From an uncultured Actinomycetota bacterium (GTDB taxonomy: Bacteria; Actinomycetota; Actinomycetes; JAHEKZ01), in contig CAVURN010000003.1 in the NCBI GenBank assembly GCA_963743915.1, positions 512,001-576,000 on the forward strand: DNA of 64,000 bases. Direction: 5' to 3'. Shown here piece by piece: positions 10,307-20,996 of the stretch. A model generated the notes under the pieces. It saw nothing but the letters and a program-made list of their open reading frames with translations. It was not told where the DNA came from and ran no database searches. Within the stretch, counting starts at the first letter, position 1, and the number at the start of each line of letters is the position of its first letter. A program made the position numbers and the translations under genes.

Positions 10307-12509
10307 GTGACCACCACCACATCGCGGCCAGCCGCACACCACGACGCGCACCACGGACACCACGGACACCACGCACCGGTCGGGCACGGGAACCACGAGG
10401 GCGCTGCGTCCCTGACCGGGGTCGGCAGCGTTCATGGGACCCCTGAGGGCCGCGCGAGCGCCCACGGGGCCAACAGCGGCCACCAGGGCCATGCCCCGCA
10501 GGACGTGATGGGCCACGGCGGGCACCACGGGTCGATGTCGATGGCCGAGATGGCGGCTGACATGCGGCGCCGCTTCCTGATCGCAGCCGTGCTCTCGGTG
10601 CCGATCCTGCTCTACTCACCGATCGGCCGCGACGTGCTCGGGTTCACCGCTCCTGCGCCGTTCGGCCTGCGGGACGACGTCTTCGCGCTGCTGCTGAGCC
10701 TGCCCGTCGTCTTCTACGCCGGGTGGATCTTCTTCGACGGAGCCGTGCGGGCGCTGCGCGCGCGGACGCTGGACATGATGGTGCTGGTCGCCGTCGCGAT
10801 CGGCGCCGGGTGGACCTACAGCCTGGTGATCACCCTCAGCGGTGGTGGCGAGGTCTTCTACGAGGCGGCCTCCGTCCTGACGGCGTTCGTGCTGCTCGGC
10901 CACTGGTTCGAGATGCGCGCCCGCGGCGGAGCCAACGACGCGATCCGGACCCTGCTCGAGCTGGCGCCGGCGAAGGCATTGCTCGTGCGCGGCGACGACG
11001 TCGTCGAGGTGGACACCGCAGATGTCGTCATCGACGACATCGTGCTCGTGCGACCGGGTGCGAAGGTCCCGGTCGACGGCATCGTCGAGTCGGGGACCTC
11101 CGAGGTCGACGAGTCGATGGTCACCGGGGAGAGCCTGCCGGTCGCGAAGACAGCGGGCTCAGAGGTCATCGGTGCGTCGGTGAACACCACCGGCACCCTC
11201 CGCGTCCGCGCCACCAAGGTCGGGTCGGAGACCGCGCTGTCCCAGATCGTCGCGCTCGTGCAGGAGGCGCAGAGCAGCAAGGCGCCGGGTCAGCGGCTCG
11301 CCGACCGGGCCGCGTTCTGGCTGGTGCTCGTGGCGCTCATCGGTGGAGCGGCCACCTTCTTCGCATGGATCGCGCTCGGCAGGGACGCGTCCGAGGCGAT
11401 GCTCTTCGCGATCACCGTCGTCGTCATCACCTGCCCCGACGCGCTCGGGCTCGCGACGCCGACCGCCGTGATGGTCGGTACCGGGCGGGGAGCCCAGCAC
11501 GGCGTCCTCTTCAAGAACGCATCGGCTCTCGAGACGTCGGCGTCCATCGACACCGTCGTGATGGACAAGACGGGGACCCTCACCAAGGGCGAGCCGGCCG
11601 TCACTGACGTGGTCGCAGTGTCGGACACCGAGGTGGATCGCGCGCTGGCGCTGGCGGCTGCCGTCGAACGCGAGTCCGAGCACCCCCTGGCGGCTGCCGT
11701 GGTGCGGCACGCCGACGCGCTCGGCGTCGAGCGGCTGACCGTCGACGGGTTCCGCAGCATTCCCGGACGCGGTGCGTCCGGCCGTGTCCAGGGGCACCTG
11801 GTCGCGGTGGGATCGCCCACCCTGCTGCAGGAGCTCGGGATCGACGTGAGTGAGCACGCTGCGCGTCGGCGTGAGGAGCTGGCCGGTGAGGGGCGAACCG
11901 CCGTGCTGCTCGGTGTCGACACCGAGACGGTGGCGGTCATCGCCCTCGCCGACGAGGCGCGGGAGACCGCGGTCGAGGCCGTCGCAGCGCTGCACGGGCT
12001 GGGGAGCCCGCGTGGTCATGCTCACCGGCGACAACGAGGCAACCGCGCGGCGCATCGCGTCCGACCTCGGGATCGACGATGTCATCGCTGGCGTGCTGCC
12101 GGAGGGGAAGGCGGCCCAGATCCAGCAGCTGCAGGCGCAGGGTGCTCGGGTCGCGATGGTCGGTGACGGTGTCAACGACGCACCGGCACTGGCGAGGGCC
12201 GATCTCGGGATCGCGATCGGTGCGGGAACGGACGTGGCGATCGAGACCGCCGACGTGGTGCTCATGCGTTCCGATCCGCTCGACGTGGCACTCGCGCTGC
12301 GGCTCGGACGCGGCACGGTGCGCAAGATGCGCCAGAACCTCGGCTGGGCGATCGGCTACAACAGCATCGCGCTGCCGATCGCTGCAGGCGTCTTCGAGCC
12401 GAGCCTCGGCTTGATGCTGCGCCCGGAGATCGCTGCTCTGTCGATGTCGGGTTCGTCGGTGATCGTCGCGATGAACGCGATGCTGCTCAAGCGCCTGCGT
12501 CTTCGGTGA
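10307..12509 (+). CDS. Copper-translocating P1B-type ATPase with His-rich N-terminus; frameshift near 12000
   Basis: [37 protein letters not shown] and MSGSS. Confidence 0.9.
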
Positions 12510-14134
12510 CGGCGCCGGCATCCACCCGGAGTCGACGCGTGACATGGACTGCGTCGAGCAGGCGCCGGTCGTGCGACACGAGCAGCAAGGTGCCGTCGTA
12601 CGAGTCGAGCGCCTGCTCGAGCTGTTCGATCGCGGGCAGGTCGAGATGGTTGGTGGGCTCGTCCAGCACGAGCAGGTTGACGCCCCGCGCCTGAAGCAGC
12701 GCGAGTGCCGCTCGCGTGCGCTCCCCGGGCGAGAGCTGGGCGGCAGGACGGAGGACGTGCTGGCTCCCGAGGCCGAACTTCGCGAGCAGCGTGCGCACCT
12801 CGGCGTCCGACCAGGTGGGCACCTGGTCGGCGAAGGAGCGGAACAGCGTCTCGTCGTGGGTGAACAGGTCGCGCGCCTGGTCGACCTCGCCGACGGCGAC
12901 GCCGCTGCCGAGGGTTGCCTCGCCCTCCACCGGTGGCAGCCGTCCGAGCAGCAGCCCGATGAGCGTCGACTTGCCCGCGCCGTTGGGTCCGCTGACACCG
13001 ATCCGATCGCCACGGGTGAGCTGCAGGTCGACCGGCCCGAGTCGGAACCCGCCGCGCTCGACGACGGCGCCGCGCAGCACCGCGACCACCTCGCCCGACG
13101 GCGGTGCGCCGGCAACGGACATCTGCAGCTGCCACTCCTTGCGCGGCTCGTCCACCGGGTCGAGGCGCTCGAGCAGGCGTTCGGTCTGCCGCGCCTTCGC
13201 TGCCTGCTGCTCGGTCTGCTCGACCCGCGCCTTGCGTCCGATCTTGTCGTTGTCACGCTGCTTGCGCACCGCGTCCCGGACGCCACGCTCGGCCCAGGTG
13301 CGCTGCGTACGGGCGCGCTCGGTCAACGTCGCGACCCGCTGCGGCGTACTCGTCGTACGTCTCGCGGGCCTGGCGTCGCGCGGCTTCGCGCTCGCGCAGG
13401 TACGCGTCGTAGCCGCCGTTGACGACGAGCACCCGCTGCTGGGCCAGGTCGAGCTCGACGACGCGGGTGACCGAGCGGGCGAGGAACTCGCGGTCGTGGC
13501 TGACGAGCACGACCGGGACGCGCAGGCCGCGGACGAACTGCTCGAGCCGCTGCAGGCCGTCGAGGTCGAGGTCGTTGGTCGGTTCGTCCAGCAGCAGCAC
13601 GTCGTAGCGGCTGAGCAGCAGAGCGGCGAGCGAGAGGCGCGCCGCCTGGCCACCGGACAGCGCAGTCGTGGGGCGGTCGAGGTCCACGGCGAGACCGAGC
13701 TCGGCGACGACCTGGTGGGCGCGCTCGTCGAGATCGGCGCCGCCGAGGGCCAGCCAGCGGTCGAGGGCGGCACCGTAGTCGTCGTCCGACCCCGGAGCCC
13801 CGGCGGCGAGCGCGTGCGCTGCGGCGTCCAGCGCGGCGTGCGCGGCCGCGACGCCTGTGCGGCGACCCAGGTACTCGCGCACGGTCTCACCGGTGCGCCG
13901 ATCGGGTTCCTGGGGCAGGTACCCGACGGACGCCGTGGCCGGGTGCACCTCGACCGTCCCGGTCTCCGGGGCGATCAGCCCGGCCAGCACCTGCAGCAGG
14001 GTGGACTTGCCCGCCCCGTTGGCGCCGACCAGGCCGACCACGTCACCGGCGGCGACGACCAGCTCGAGGTGGGAGAACAGGGTGCGGTCGCCGTGGCCGG
14101 CGGACAGGTCGCGGGCGACGACGGATGCGGACAC
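12487..14134 (-). CDS. ABC-F family ATPase; frameshift near 13335
   Basis: Two ABC domains (GANGAGKS, LSGGQ, DEPTN; GPNGAGKS, LSPGE, DEPTNHLD), no TM. Confidence 0.88.
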
Positions 14135-14157
14135 AGCAGATGACGGTAGAGCAGCCG

Positions 14158-16874
14158 TCAAGCGGGTTGGACGCGGCGTCGTGACCCACTTGCTGATCTC
14201 GATCACCAGGGGAAGGAGAAGAGCCAGGCCAAGGGCGGCCAGCCACTGCGCACCGGTCAGAGGTGTGGTCATGAGGAATCCCTGCGGGCGAGGCAGCTCG
14301 GTGGCCAGCAGGATCATGCCGCAGGGGATCAGCGAGATCGCCGCCGCGCGCAGGATCGGGGGCGCGAGTCCGCTGGTGGGGTCACGCCGGTTCGTCAGTG
14401 CGTTGAACACGGTGCCGAGCCCCATGACCACGAACGTCATCGTCATCGCGGCGGTGGGATGCTCGACGCTCGGTTCATCCGGCCCCACGACCAACGGGGT
14501 CAGAGCGGCGAGGAAGAGCACTCCTCCGTACAGCAGCCACTGGCGGATCGCGCCGCGGTTGGTGATGGGAAGCTTCGGGTCGCGGGGTGGACGGCTCATC
14601 ACGTCCGGGTCGCCCGGATCGACGGCGATCACCACGACGCCGGCCGAGGTCACGAAGAAGAGCAGGAAGAGCACCATCGACGGCGTCAGAGCGACACCTT
14701 CGTTGATGTTGAAAGCCGTCGCGGCGACGAAGAGCATGACCAGCGACAACAGCTGGGTCATCTGGTAACGGATGTATGCGACGACCTTGTCGTAGACGCG
14801 ACGACCGAGCTCGACAGCATGAACGAGCGTGCCGAAGTTGTCGTCGGTCAGGATCATCCGGCCGGCTTGCTTGGTGACTTCACTGCCGCTCCCCATGGCG
14901 ACACCGATGTCAGCCTGCTTGAGTGCAGCTGCGTCGTTGACCGCGTCGCCGGTCATCGCGACGACCATTCCCTCCTCCTGCATCACGCGCGCGAGGCGCA
15001 GCTTGTCCTCCGGCGTGACGCGCCCGAAGACGTGCAGCTCGGGAAGTCTGAGCTTCAGCTCGTCGTCGGTCAGGCCCTGCAGCTCGCGACCACTGATGGC
15101 ACCGGGCCCGAGGCCCAGCGTCTCGCCGATCGCCCGAGCAGTGACGGCGTGGTCGCCGGTGATCATCCTGACGTCGATCCCGGCCGCAAGAGCGGTCGTC
15201 ACCGCGACCTTCGACTCGGGACGCAACGGATCGATGATGCCCACCAGGCCGACGAACGCCAGGTCCTCGACGTAGCTCATGGGATCGCTCTGCAGGGCGG
15301 GAAGGTCGTCCTCGTCGAGGACGCGGGCGGCGAAGGCGAGCACCCGCAGACCCTTCTCGCCCATGCGGGCGTTCGCGGCGTCGATTCCTGCGCGCGCCTC
15401 GTCGATGGGGACCTGCGAGCCACTCAGTGGACCTCCGGCCTGCGCGCACCGCGCCAGCACCACGTCCGGACCGCCCTTGACCAGCTCGACCAAGTGGTCG
15501 ACCCCGTCGACCTGGATCCGGTGGAAGGTCGCCATGAACTTGTACTCGGAGTCGAAGGGCACCTCGGCGAGACGCGGATAGGCGCGCCGCGTCTCCTCGG
15601 CGTCCACCCCGAGCTTGGCGGCCAGCACCACGAGAGCCGCCTCGGTGGGGTCGCCCACGACAGTGCCGTCGTCGGCGACCGTTGCGTCGCTGTCGAGAGC
15701 GAGCCCGTATGCCAGCCGGGTGAAGTCGGGTACCGCGCTGCCGGCCACCGACAGGATGGCGCCGGACTTGCGGTAGCCCTCGCCTTCGACGGAGAACCAG
15801 GAACCTGCCGTGTACAGCGTGGACACCATCATCTGGTTCAGCGTCAGCGTCCCGGTCTTGTCCGAGTTGATGACGCTGGTCGCGCCAAGGGTCTCGACAT
15901 CGGTGAGGTTCTTCACCACCGCCTTGGCCTCGGCGAGCTGCTTGGCACCCATGGACAGAAGTCCGGACACGAACGCGGGAAGACCGGTGGGGATCGCTGA
16001 GATCGCCATGGCCGTGCCGAGCAGGAGCAGCTCGTCCACCGGCATGCCGCGCGCAGCGCCGATGACCACGATGAAGGCGACCGCTGACCAGGCGATGATC
16101 CCGAGGACCTTCGTCAGGGCGTCCAGCTCCTGCTGAAGGGGTGAGCGCGTGCGGGTGACCGAGGTCAGCATCGTGGCGATCTGGCCCATCTGGGTGGCCA
16201 TGCCCGTCGCCGTCACGACCATCGCCGCGGTGCCCCGGGTCACCGACGTGTTCTGGAAGAGCATGTTCGTGCGGTCGCCCAGAGCCACGTCGCCCTCGGG
16301 GAGGGGCGCGCTGTCCTTGGCGACGGGGGCGCTCTCACCGGTGAGCGCTGCCTCCTGCACCTCGAGGGTCGCTGAGCGGACGATCCGGCCGTCGGCCGGC
16401 ACGAGGTCGCCGGCCTCCACCTGCACGAGATCGCCCGGCACGACCTCGGTCGCCGGGACGAGCTGCAGCGAACCGTCGCGGACCACCTTGGCCTGAGGCA
16501 CCTGCAGGCTCGACAAGGCGTCGACGCTGGCCCTTGCCTTGAGCTCCTGTCGCGACCCGAGGACCACGTTGAGCACGATGAGCAGCCCGACGACGATGCC
16601 CGTCGAGACCTCGCCGATGAGGAAGCTGACGACGGTCACCGCGACGAGCATCAGGTTCATCGGGTCACGGAGCTGCTGCAGCGCCACCGCCCACACCGAC
16701 GGGGGTTGCTCGGGGGTGATCAGGTTCGGCCCGTAGGACGTCAGACGCGCCGCGGCTTCTGCCGCGGTGACGCCGGACGTCGGCGTCGGTTCCGAGCGCG
16801 CGGACGAGGTCGTCGGCCGGCGTGAGGTGAGGAGGGGGGTCGAGCTCGAGCGACGGTGGACTGGTCGGGACCAT
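14158..16874 (-). CDS. Cation-transporting P2-type ATPase (Ca2+/CtpF-like); frameshifts near both ends
   Basis: [36 protein letters not shown]. Confidence 0.88.
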
Positions 16875-16958
16875 GTCGTCTTCCCTCTGCCGTGGACGCG
16901 GACGGCGCCAATCTATGGCAGCGACGCCGCAGCGGGCGTGGGGGACCGTGGACGGAGG

Positions 16959-17035
16959 TGGTGGGCAGGGGCGGGGTCGAACCGCCGACCTTCCGCTTTT
17001 CAGGCGGACGCTCGTACCAACTGAGCTACCTGCCC
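16959..17035 (-). tRNA. tRNA-Phe(GAA)
   Basis: GGGCAGGTAGCTCAGTTGGTACGAGCGTCCGCCTGAAAAGCGG...TTCGACCCCGCCCCTGCCCACCA. Confidence 0.96.
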
Positions 17036-17061
17036 CAGACGACTCTGACGAGCCGACCGAG

Positions 17062-17136
17062 CGGTCCCGACGGGATTTGAACCCGCGACCTTCGCCTTGA
17101 CAGGGCGACGAGCACTCCGAACTGCTCCACGGGACC
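17062..17136 (-). tRNA. tRNA-Asp(GTC)
   Basis: GGTCCCGTGGAGCAGTTCGGAGTGCTCGTCGCCCTGTCAAGGCG...TTCAAATCCCGTCGGGACCG. Confidence 0.96.
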
Positions 17137-17165
17137 TCAACATGAGGCCTTGCCACCTGGCGGAG

Positions 17166-17241
17166 TGGCACCCCCAGCGGGATTCGAACCCGCGCTACCG
17201 CCGTGAAAGGGCGGCGTCCTAGGCCGCTAGACGATGAGGGC
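17166..17241 (-). tRNA. tRNA-Glu(TTC)
   Basis: GCCCTCATCGTCTAGCGGCCTAGGACGCCGCCCTTTCACGGCGG...TTCGAATCCCGCTGGGGGTGCCA. Confidence 0.96.
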
Positions 17242-17330
17242 TAGCTCCGCCGGAAGCCCGCTCAGCATAGGGGATGCCCGCGCCAGCCTCCAAAGCCGGG
17301 GCTGCGGCGTCCGGCCCGTACGCTGGCGCC

Positions 17331-17681
17331 GTGCTGGAGATGGACGCCGAGACGTTCGAGCGGCTCGTGGCCGAGGCTCTCGACGGCGTCCCCACCGACC
17401 TGATGGCGTTGCTGCAGAACGTCGTCGTGCTCACCGCGGATGAGCCACCGCCCGACGAACCGGACCTTCTGGGGCTCTACGAGGGCATTCCGCTCACCGA
17501 ACGCGACGGCTGGTACAGCGGCGTCCTGCCCGACCGCATCACGATCTTCCGCGGTCCGACGCTGCGCCACGCCCGCACCTGGGACGAGGCGGTGAGCGAG
17601 GTGCGCATCACCGTCGTGCACGAGATCGCGCACCACTTCGGCATCGACGACGACCGTCTGCACGAGCTCGGCTACGGCTGA
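17331..17681 (+). CDS. Zincin-like metallopeptidase (DUF1025)
   Basis: LLGLYEGIPL, LPDRITIF, HEIAHHFG. Confidence 0.9.
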   Translation: MLEMDAETFERLVAEALDGVPTDLMALLQNVVVLTADEPPPDEPDLLGLYEGIPLTERDGWYSGVLPDRITIFRGPTLRHARTWDEAVSEVRITVVHEIAHHFGIDDDRLHELGYG

Positions 17682-17711
17682 CGGCGTCTGCGTGGCCGCG
17701 GCGCGTCCGGT

Positions 17712-17781
17712 GTGATCGGAGCGGATCAGTCGTCTCTGGGGCCGCGCACGAGAGCTGAAGTGACTGGAATGCTCCGATCAC
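17712..17781. repeat. Palindromic REP/MITE-like intergenic element, copy 2 (inverted)
   Basis: GTGATCGGAGC...GCTCCGATCAC; shares CAGTCACTTCAG core with 3804-3875 in opposite orientation. Confidence 0.65.
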
Positions 17782-17798
17782 GGATCACCTGTCACCGG

Positions 17799-18727
17799 TC
17801 AGTCGACGAGGAGGACCGCTTTGCCGTCGACGCGGCGGTCCAGCAGGTCCTGCACCAGTGGCATCGGGTCGCTCCACGACCCGACACGGGTCACCTGCGG
17901 GTCGAGCAGTCCGTCGGCGATGAGCCGCAGCATGCGCTCGAGCTGTGCGGTGCCGGATCGCCGCCGGGCCACCTCGGTGAAGACCAGCAGCCCCTCGACG
18001 CGGGCGCCGGAGTGGTCGCCGAACCAGTAGGGGTCGAGCGCGCTGTCCTCACCTGACGAGCGTCCGTAGGTCACCAGGACGCCCTCGGGCGCCAGGATCG
18101 TCGAGGCCCGGCGGAACGACGAGCCGCCCACCGACTCGAGGATCAGGTCGAAGGGACCGGTGGCGGCGTCGATGCCGACGACGACCTCGGACGCGCCGAG
18201 CCCCACCAGGCCGGCGCGACGCTCGGGGCGTCCCACGACCGCGGTGACGTGGGCACCCGCCCGGTGTGCCAGCTGGACCGCGAGGCGTCCGACGCCACCG
18301 GCCGCACCGGTCACCAGCACCCGCGCGCCGAGCAGCATCCCGCCGAGCTCGAGGGCCCGCCACGCGGTCAGGCCGGCGATGGGCAGGACGGCTGCGGCCT
18401 CGTCCGTGACGGCGTCCGGGACCGCGGCGAGGGCGTGGGTGGGGACGGCGACCTGCTCGGCCCAGCCGGCGTCGTCGACGAGACCGACGACGCGTGTTCC
18501 GGCTGGCGGGTCCGGAGCCGTCGCCGGCGGCCTGGACGACGGTGCCGACGACGTCCCAGCCGAGCCGGGTGCCGGGCTCCTCCTCGGCGAGATGGCGTAC
18601 CTCGCCCCGGTTGAGCGACGTGGCCGCTCAACCTCACGAGGGCCTGGTCGGAGGCGGGTACGGGCTCAGGGACGTCGGCGAGGGCCAGGCCCGGTCCGTC
18701 CGGTCCGGTCGTGACGAGGGCCTTCAC
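17799..18727 (-). CDS. MDR-family (zinc-binding/quinone) oxidoreductase; frameshifted
   Basis: MKALV..PEP N-terminus, VLVTGAAGGVG, GKAVL C-terminus. Confidence 0.82.
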
Positions 18728-18745
18728 GCCACCTCCGGAAGTGGT

Positions 18746-19708
18746 CTACAGGTATCGACCGCAGTGCGGCCAGGGCGAGCTGCCCGCGCGCTGGTACAGC
18801 TTCCAGGCGCGCTTGGTCTGCTCCCAGTAACCGTAGTCGGTCGGGAGCCCGGTCCCGCCGACTGCCCGCCAGGTGGACAGCGAGAACTGGTAGAGGCCGT
18901 AGAAGCCCGCAGGGTTGTACGCGTTGGGGTTGCCGCCGGACTCGCAGCGGGCGAGGCCGGTCCAGTTCGGGCCGGTGCCGACGCGGACCACGCGCCGCTC
19001 GTCGTCCTTGACGATCCGCGACTTGACGATCCGCTTGCCGGCGAGGTCGCCGTCGACGAAGCGCTTGCGGAACACGACCTTCTTGACGCCGTGCCGGCCG
19101 GCGTCCCACACCTTGGTCGAGCCCTGCCGCACGAGCTTGCTGCGGTCGCGCACGACCTCAGGCTTGAAACGGACGCGTCCGTCGGCGTACGCCAGGCGCA
19201 CGCGGTGGACGACGGCGAGGCTGTCCTCGACGACGCGGTCATCGCCGGCCAGCGGTCGACCGTTGGGCGAGTAGAGGCGGCCGACCTCGAACGAGGTGGC
19301 CTGCATGCGGGTGTAGGTCGCCTCGACGCCGGTGGGCAGCTCGAGCTCGGTGACGACGCCCTGCGCGCGAGTGGCGGTGACGCGGTGGGCGGTGCGGTCC
19401 GCGCCGTCCTTCACGACGACGCGGATGGCCGGCGTCCACGAGACGGCCATGCCCCACTTGAGGGGCGTGCTGCCGACAGGGCTGATCAGGTCGGTCTTGT
19501 CGAACGGCACGGCGCGCTCGTTGAGCAGCTGGCGCACGGTGTCGGCGCTGGTCTGCACCTTGCTCGTGACCCCGTTGACGGTGAGCGTCACCGTGGTGGT
19601 GCCCGCCGCCGATGCCGCGGGTGCTGTGGTGACCAGGCTGGTCGCGAGGACCGCTGTTCCGGCGATGGCACCGCCGAGGGCGCGAAGCGTGAGACGCGAG
19701 CCGAGCAT
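18746..19708 (-). CDS. RpfB-like resuscitation-promoting factor (DUF348-G5-transglycosylase)
   Basis: Signal peptide, TSADTVRQLL ubiquitin-like domain, G5 ending VRVGT, WTGLARCESGGN...GLYQF..TW. Confidence 0.88.
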   Translation of the reverse strand: MLGSRLTLRALGGAIAGTAVLATSLVTTAPAASAAGTTTVTLTVNGVTSKVQTSADTVRQLLNERAVPFDKTDLISPVGSTPLKWGMAVSWTPAIRVVVKDGADRTAHRVTATRAQGVVTELELPTGVEATYTRMQATSFEVGRLYSPNGRPLAGDDRVVEDSLAVVHRVRLAYADGRVRFKPEVVRDRSKLVRQGSTKVWDAGRHGVKKVVFRKRFVDGDLAGKRIVKSRIVKDDERRVVRVGTGPNWTGLARCESGGNPNAYNPAGFYGLYQFSLSTWRAVGGTGLPTDYGYWEQTKRAWKLYQRAGSSPWPHCGRYL

Positions 19709-19858
19709 GCAACTCCAGACCTTGCACGTCCGGGCAGGAGCACAGCAATGCGCCAGGCGCACTGGTTAGGCGGGCTCCACCCCGGCTGTCAGCACCGGCG
19801 GGGAATCCCGGTGCAGTGGTCCCCGTGGGGACCGCGTCTCGTCGGACGCAACAGTCAG
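19709..19858 (-). promoter_or_regulatory. Highly structured 5' leader of rpfB-like gene (candidate cis-regulatory RNA)
   Basis: Six predicted hairpins between TAGGGT -10 element and ATG; last stem overlaps GGAG RBS. Confidence 0.45.
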
Positions 19859-19961
19859 GGACCCTAGTCACGGGTTTCGCGCAAAGGCCAACGCTGCAGC
19901 GACACTTCCCCAGGGACGAGTCCGGCAAAACGGACACCGTCCTGGGCCTTCGTGATCCAAA

Positions 19962-19977
19962 TGAGATATGAGTCACA
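19962..19977. promoter_or_regulatory. CRP/GlxR-type site upstream of rpfB-like gene
   Basis: TGAGA-TATGAG-TCACA, one mismatch to consensus; shares ATGAGTCACA with 8591-8606. Confidence 0.6.
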
Positions 19978-20057
19978 TCGCGCGCGGGGCTTGTGGACGC
20001 GGACTTGTTACCCGTCGGTAGTCGGGCACCTACGGACGGTGCCGAAGGTCCGGGGCC

Positions 20058-20507
20058 TCAGGGCCGCCGGTACTCCGCGATGACGACCGGGTAGGCGCCG
20101 TGCGGCGGGTACACGTGGTCCATCACCAGGCGGAGGGCGTCGGGGTGCTCGGCCTCGACCCGGATGTTCCAGCCGGCCCCGGGCCCGTACGTGCCCTCGA
20201 GCTGCAGCGTGTGCGGAGCGCTCAGGCGTCCTGTCGACGCCAGCCAGTGCGGCTGCTGGTGCCACGACTCGGTCCACGTCGACTGGAAGGCGCCGTCCTC
20301 GGGAGCGGCGCCGACCACGAGGAGCCCGTCGTGCTCCTCGCCCTCGATCACCCAGGTGTGCTCGACGAGCGCGACGTGGCCGTGTGCCTTGAAGGAGACG
20401 TGCGCGCGTGACGGGGACTCCGCGTACTCCTCGTCCGGCAGGAACCGGAACCGGTTGGTGCCCGTCCAGTCTCCGGTGTGGTCGGCGAGCCAGTCGAGTG
20501 CCGTCAT
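20058..20507 (-). CDS. Hypothetical protein (DUF1579-like beta-barrel)
   Basis: GDWTGTNR, HDGLL, WTESWH, GWNI; GGAG RBS. Confidence 0.7.
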   Translation of the reverse strand: MTALDWLADHTGDWTGTNRFRFLPDEEYAESPSRAHVSFKAHGHVALVEHTWVIEGEEHDGLLVVGAAPEDGAFQSTWTESWHQQPHWLASTGRLSAPHTLQLEGTYGPGAGWNIRVEAEHPDALRLVMDHVYPPHGAYPVVIAEYRRP

Positions 20508-20576
20508 CGGTCGTCTCCTCGTCGTCTCTCGCGGTCCGTCGGGGCGCACCCTCGTGACCGGTAGTTTGGGCCCCTC

Positions 20577-20649
20577 GGGCCGCTAGCTCAATTGGCAGAG
20601 CTGCGGACTTTTAATCCGTAGGTTCAGGGTTCGAGTCCCTGGCGGCCCA
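20577..20649 (+). tRNA. tRNA-Lys(TTT)
   Basis: GGGCCGCTAGCTCAATTGGCAGAGCTGCGGACTTTTAATCCGTAGG...TTCGAGTCCCTGGCGGCCCA. Confidence 0.96.
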
Positions 20650-20662
20650 CCGTGCCTTGTGT

Positions 20663-20848
20663 TGTCTCGGTTGAGTGGTGACGTTTCCTGCTCGCCTGAG
20701 ACTTGACGGTGTCTCGGCTGATGGTTGACACCGTCTCGGTTGATTCTTGACACCTCCGTTCGGGCTGATGCGTGACGTTCTGGCTCCGGCTGTCGGGTGA
20801 CATGGCTTCGGCTGATGGGTTACAGCTGTTTCGGTTGATGGGTGACAC
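20663..20848 (+). repeat. Array of eight degenerate 21-25 bp direct repeats (IS481-like end, putative transposase-binding sites)
   Basis: Consensus TGTYTCGGYTGATGGKTGACAC; starts with TGT 14 bp after tRNA-Lys. Confidence 0.75.
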
Positions 20849-20856
20849 TCCTGACC

Positions 20857-20945
20857 ATGTTGGTGGAGTTGAGCGTCGTGGAGCGGCGGTAGCAAGCGGT
20901 TCTGGCGGTGATCGCCGAGGGTGTGCCGGTGGTGGCTGCATCCAA
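20857..20945 (+). pseudogene. IS481-family transposase N-terminal remnant
   Basis: MLVELSVVERR*QAVLAVIAEGVPVV resembles actinobacterial IS481 start (ELSVxEQRYQAVLAVI) with Tyr->TAG, then truncated. Confidence 0.65.
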
Positions 20946-20996
20946 GTCCCGACCTGGCATCCTGACGTCAAGATCACCGACGAGGGGAGCCACAAA

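Noticed and set aside
13253-16696. Apparent 1147-aa fusion of P-type ATPase and ABC-F ATPase
   Set aside because: Removing one base near 14182 gives a normal ATPase end (KWVRRRVQPA*, stop at 14158) and a separate ABC-F start at 14134; most likely an indel artefact.
16959-17241. tRNA Glu-Asp-Phe cluster as an integration site
   Set aside because: Standard actinobacterial tRNA operon; no integrase or duplicated tRNA 3' end was seen.
19709-19870. Calling the rpfB leader a canonical c-di-AMP riboswitch
   Set aside because: It lacks the GAATCC and GGGGTGAA segments, and GACAGC/CTAACC are not contiguous; kept only as an unassigned candidate.
20663-20848. Repeat array as a CRISPR array
   Set aside because: Repeats are degenerate and adjacent with 0-4 bp gaps, there are no unique spacers, and no cas genes are present.
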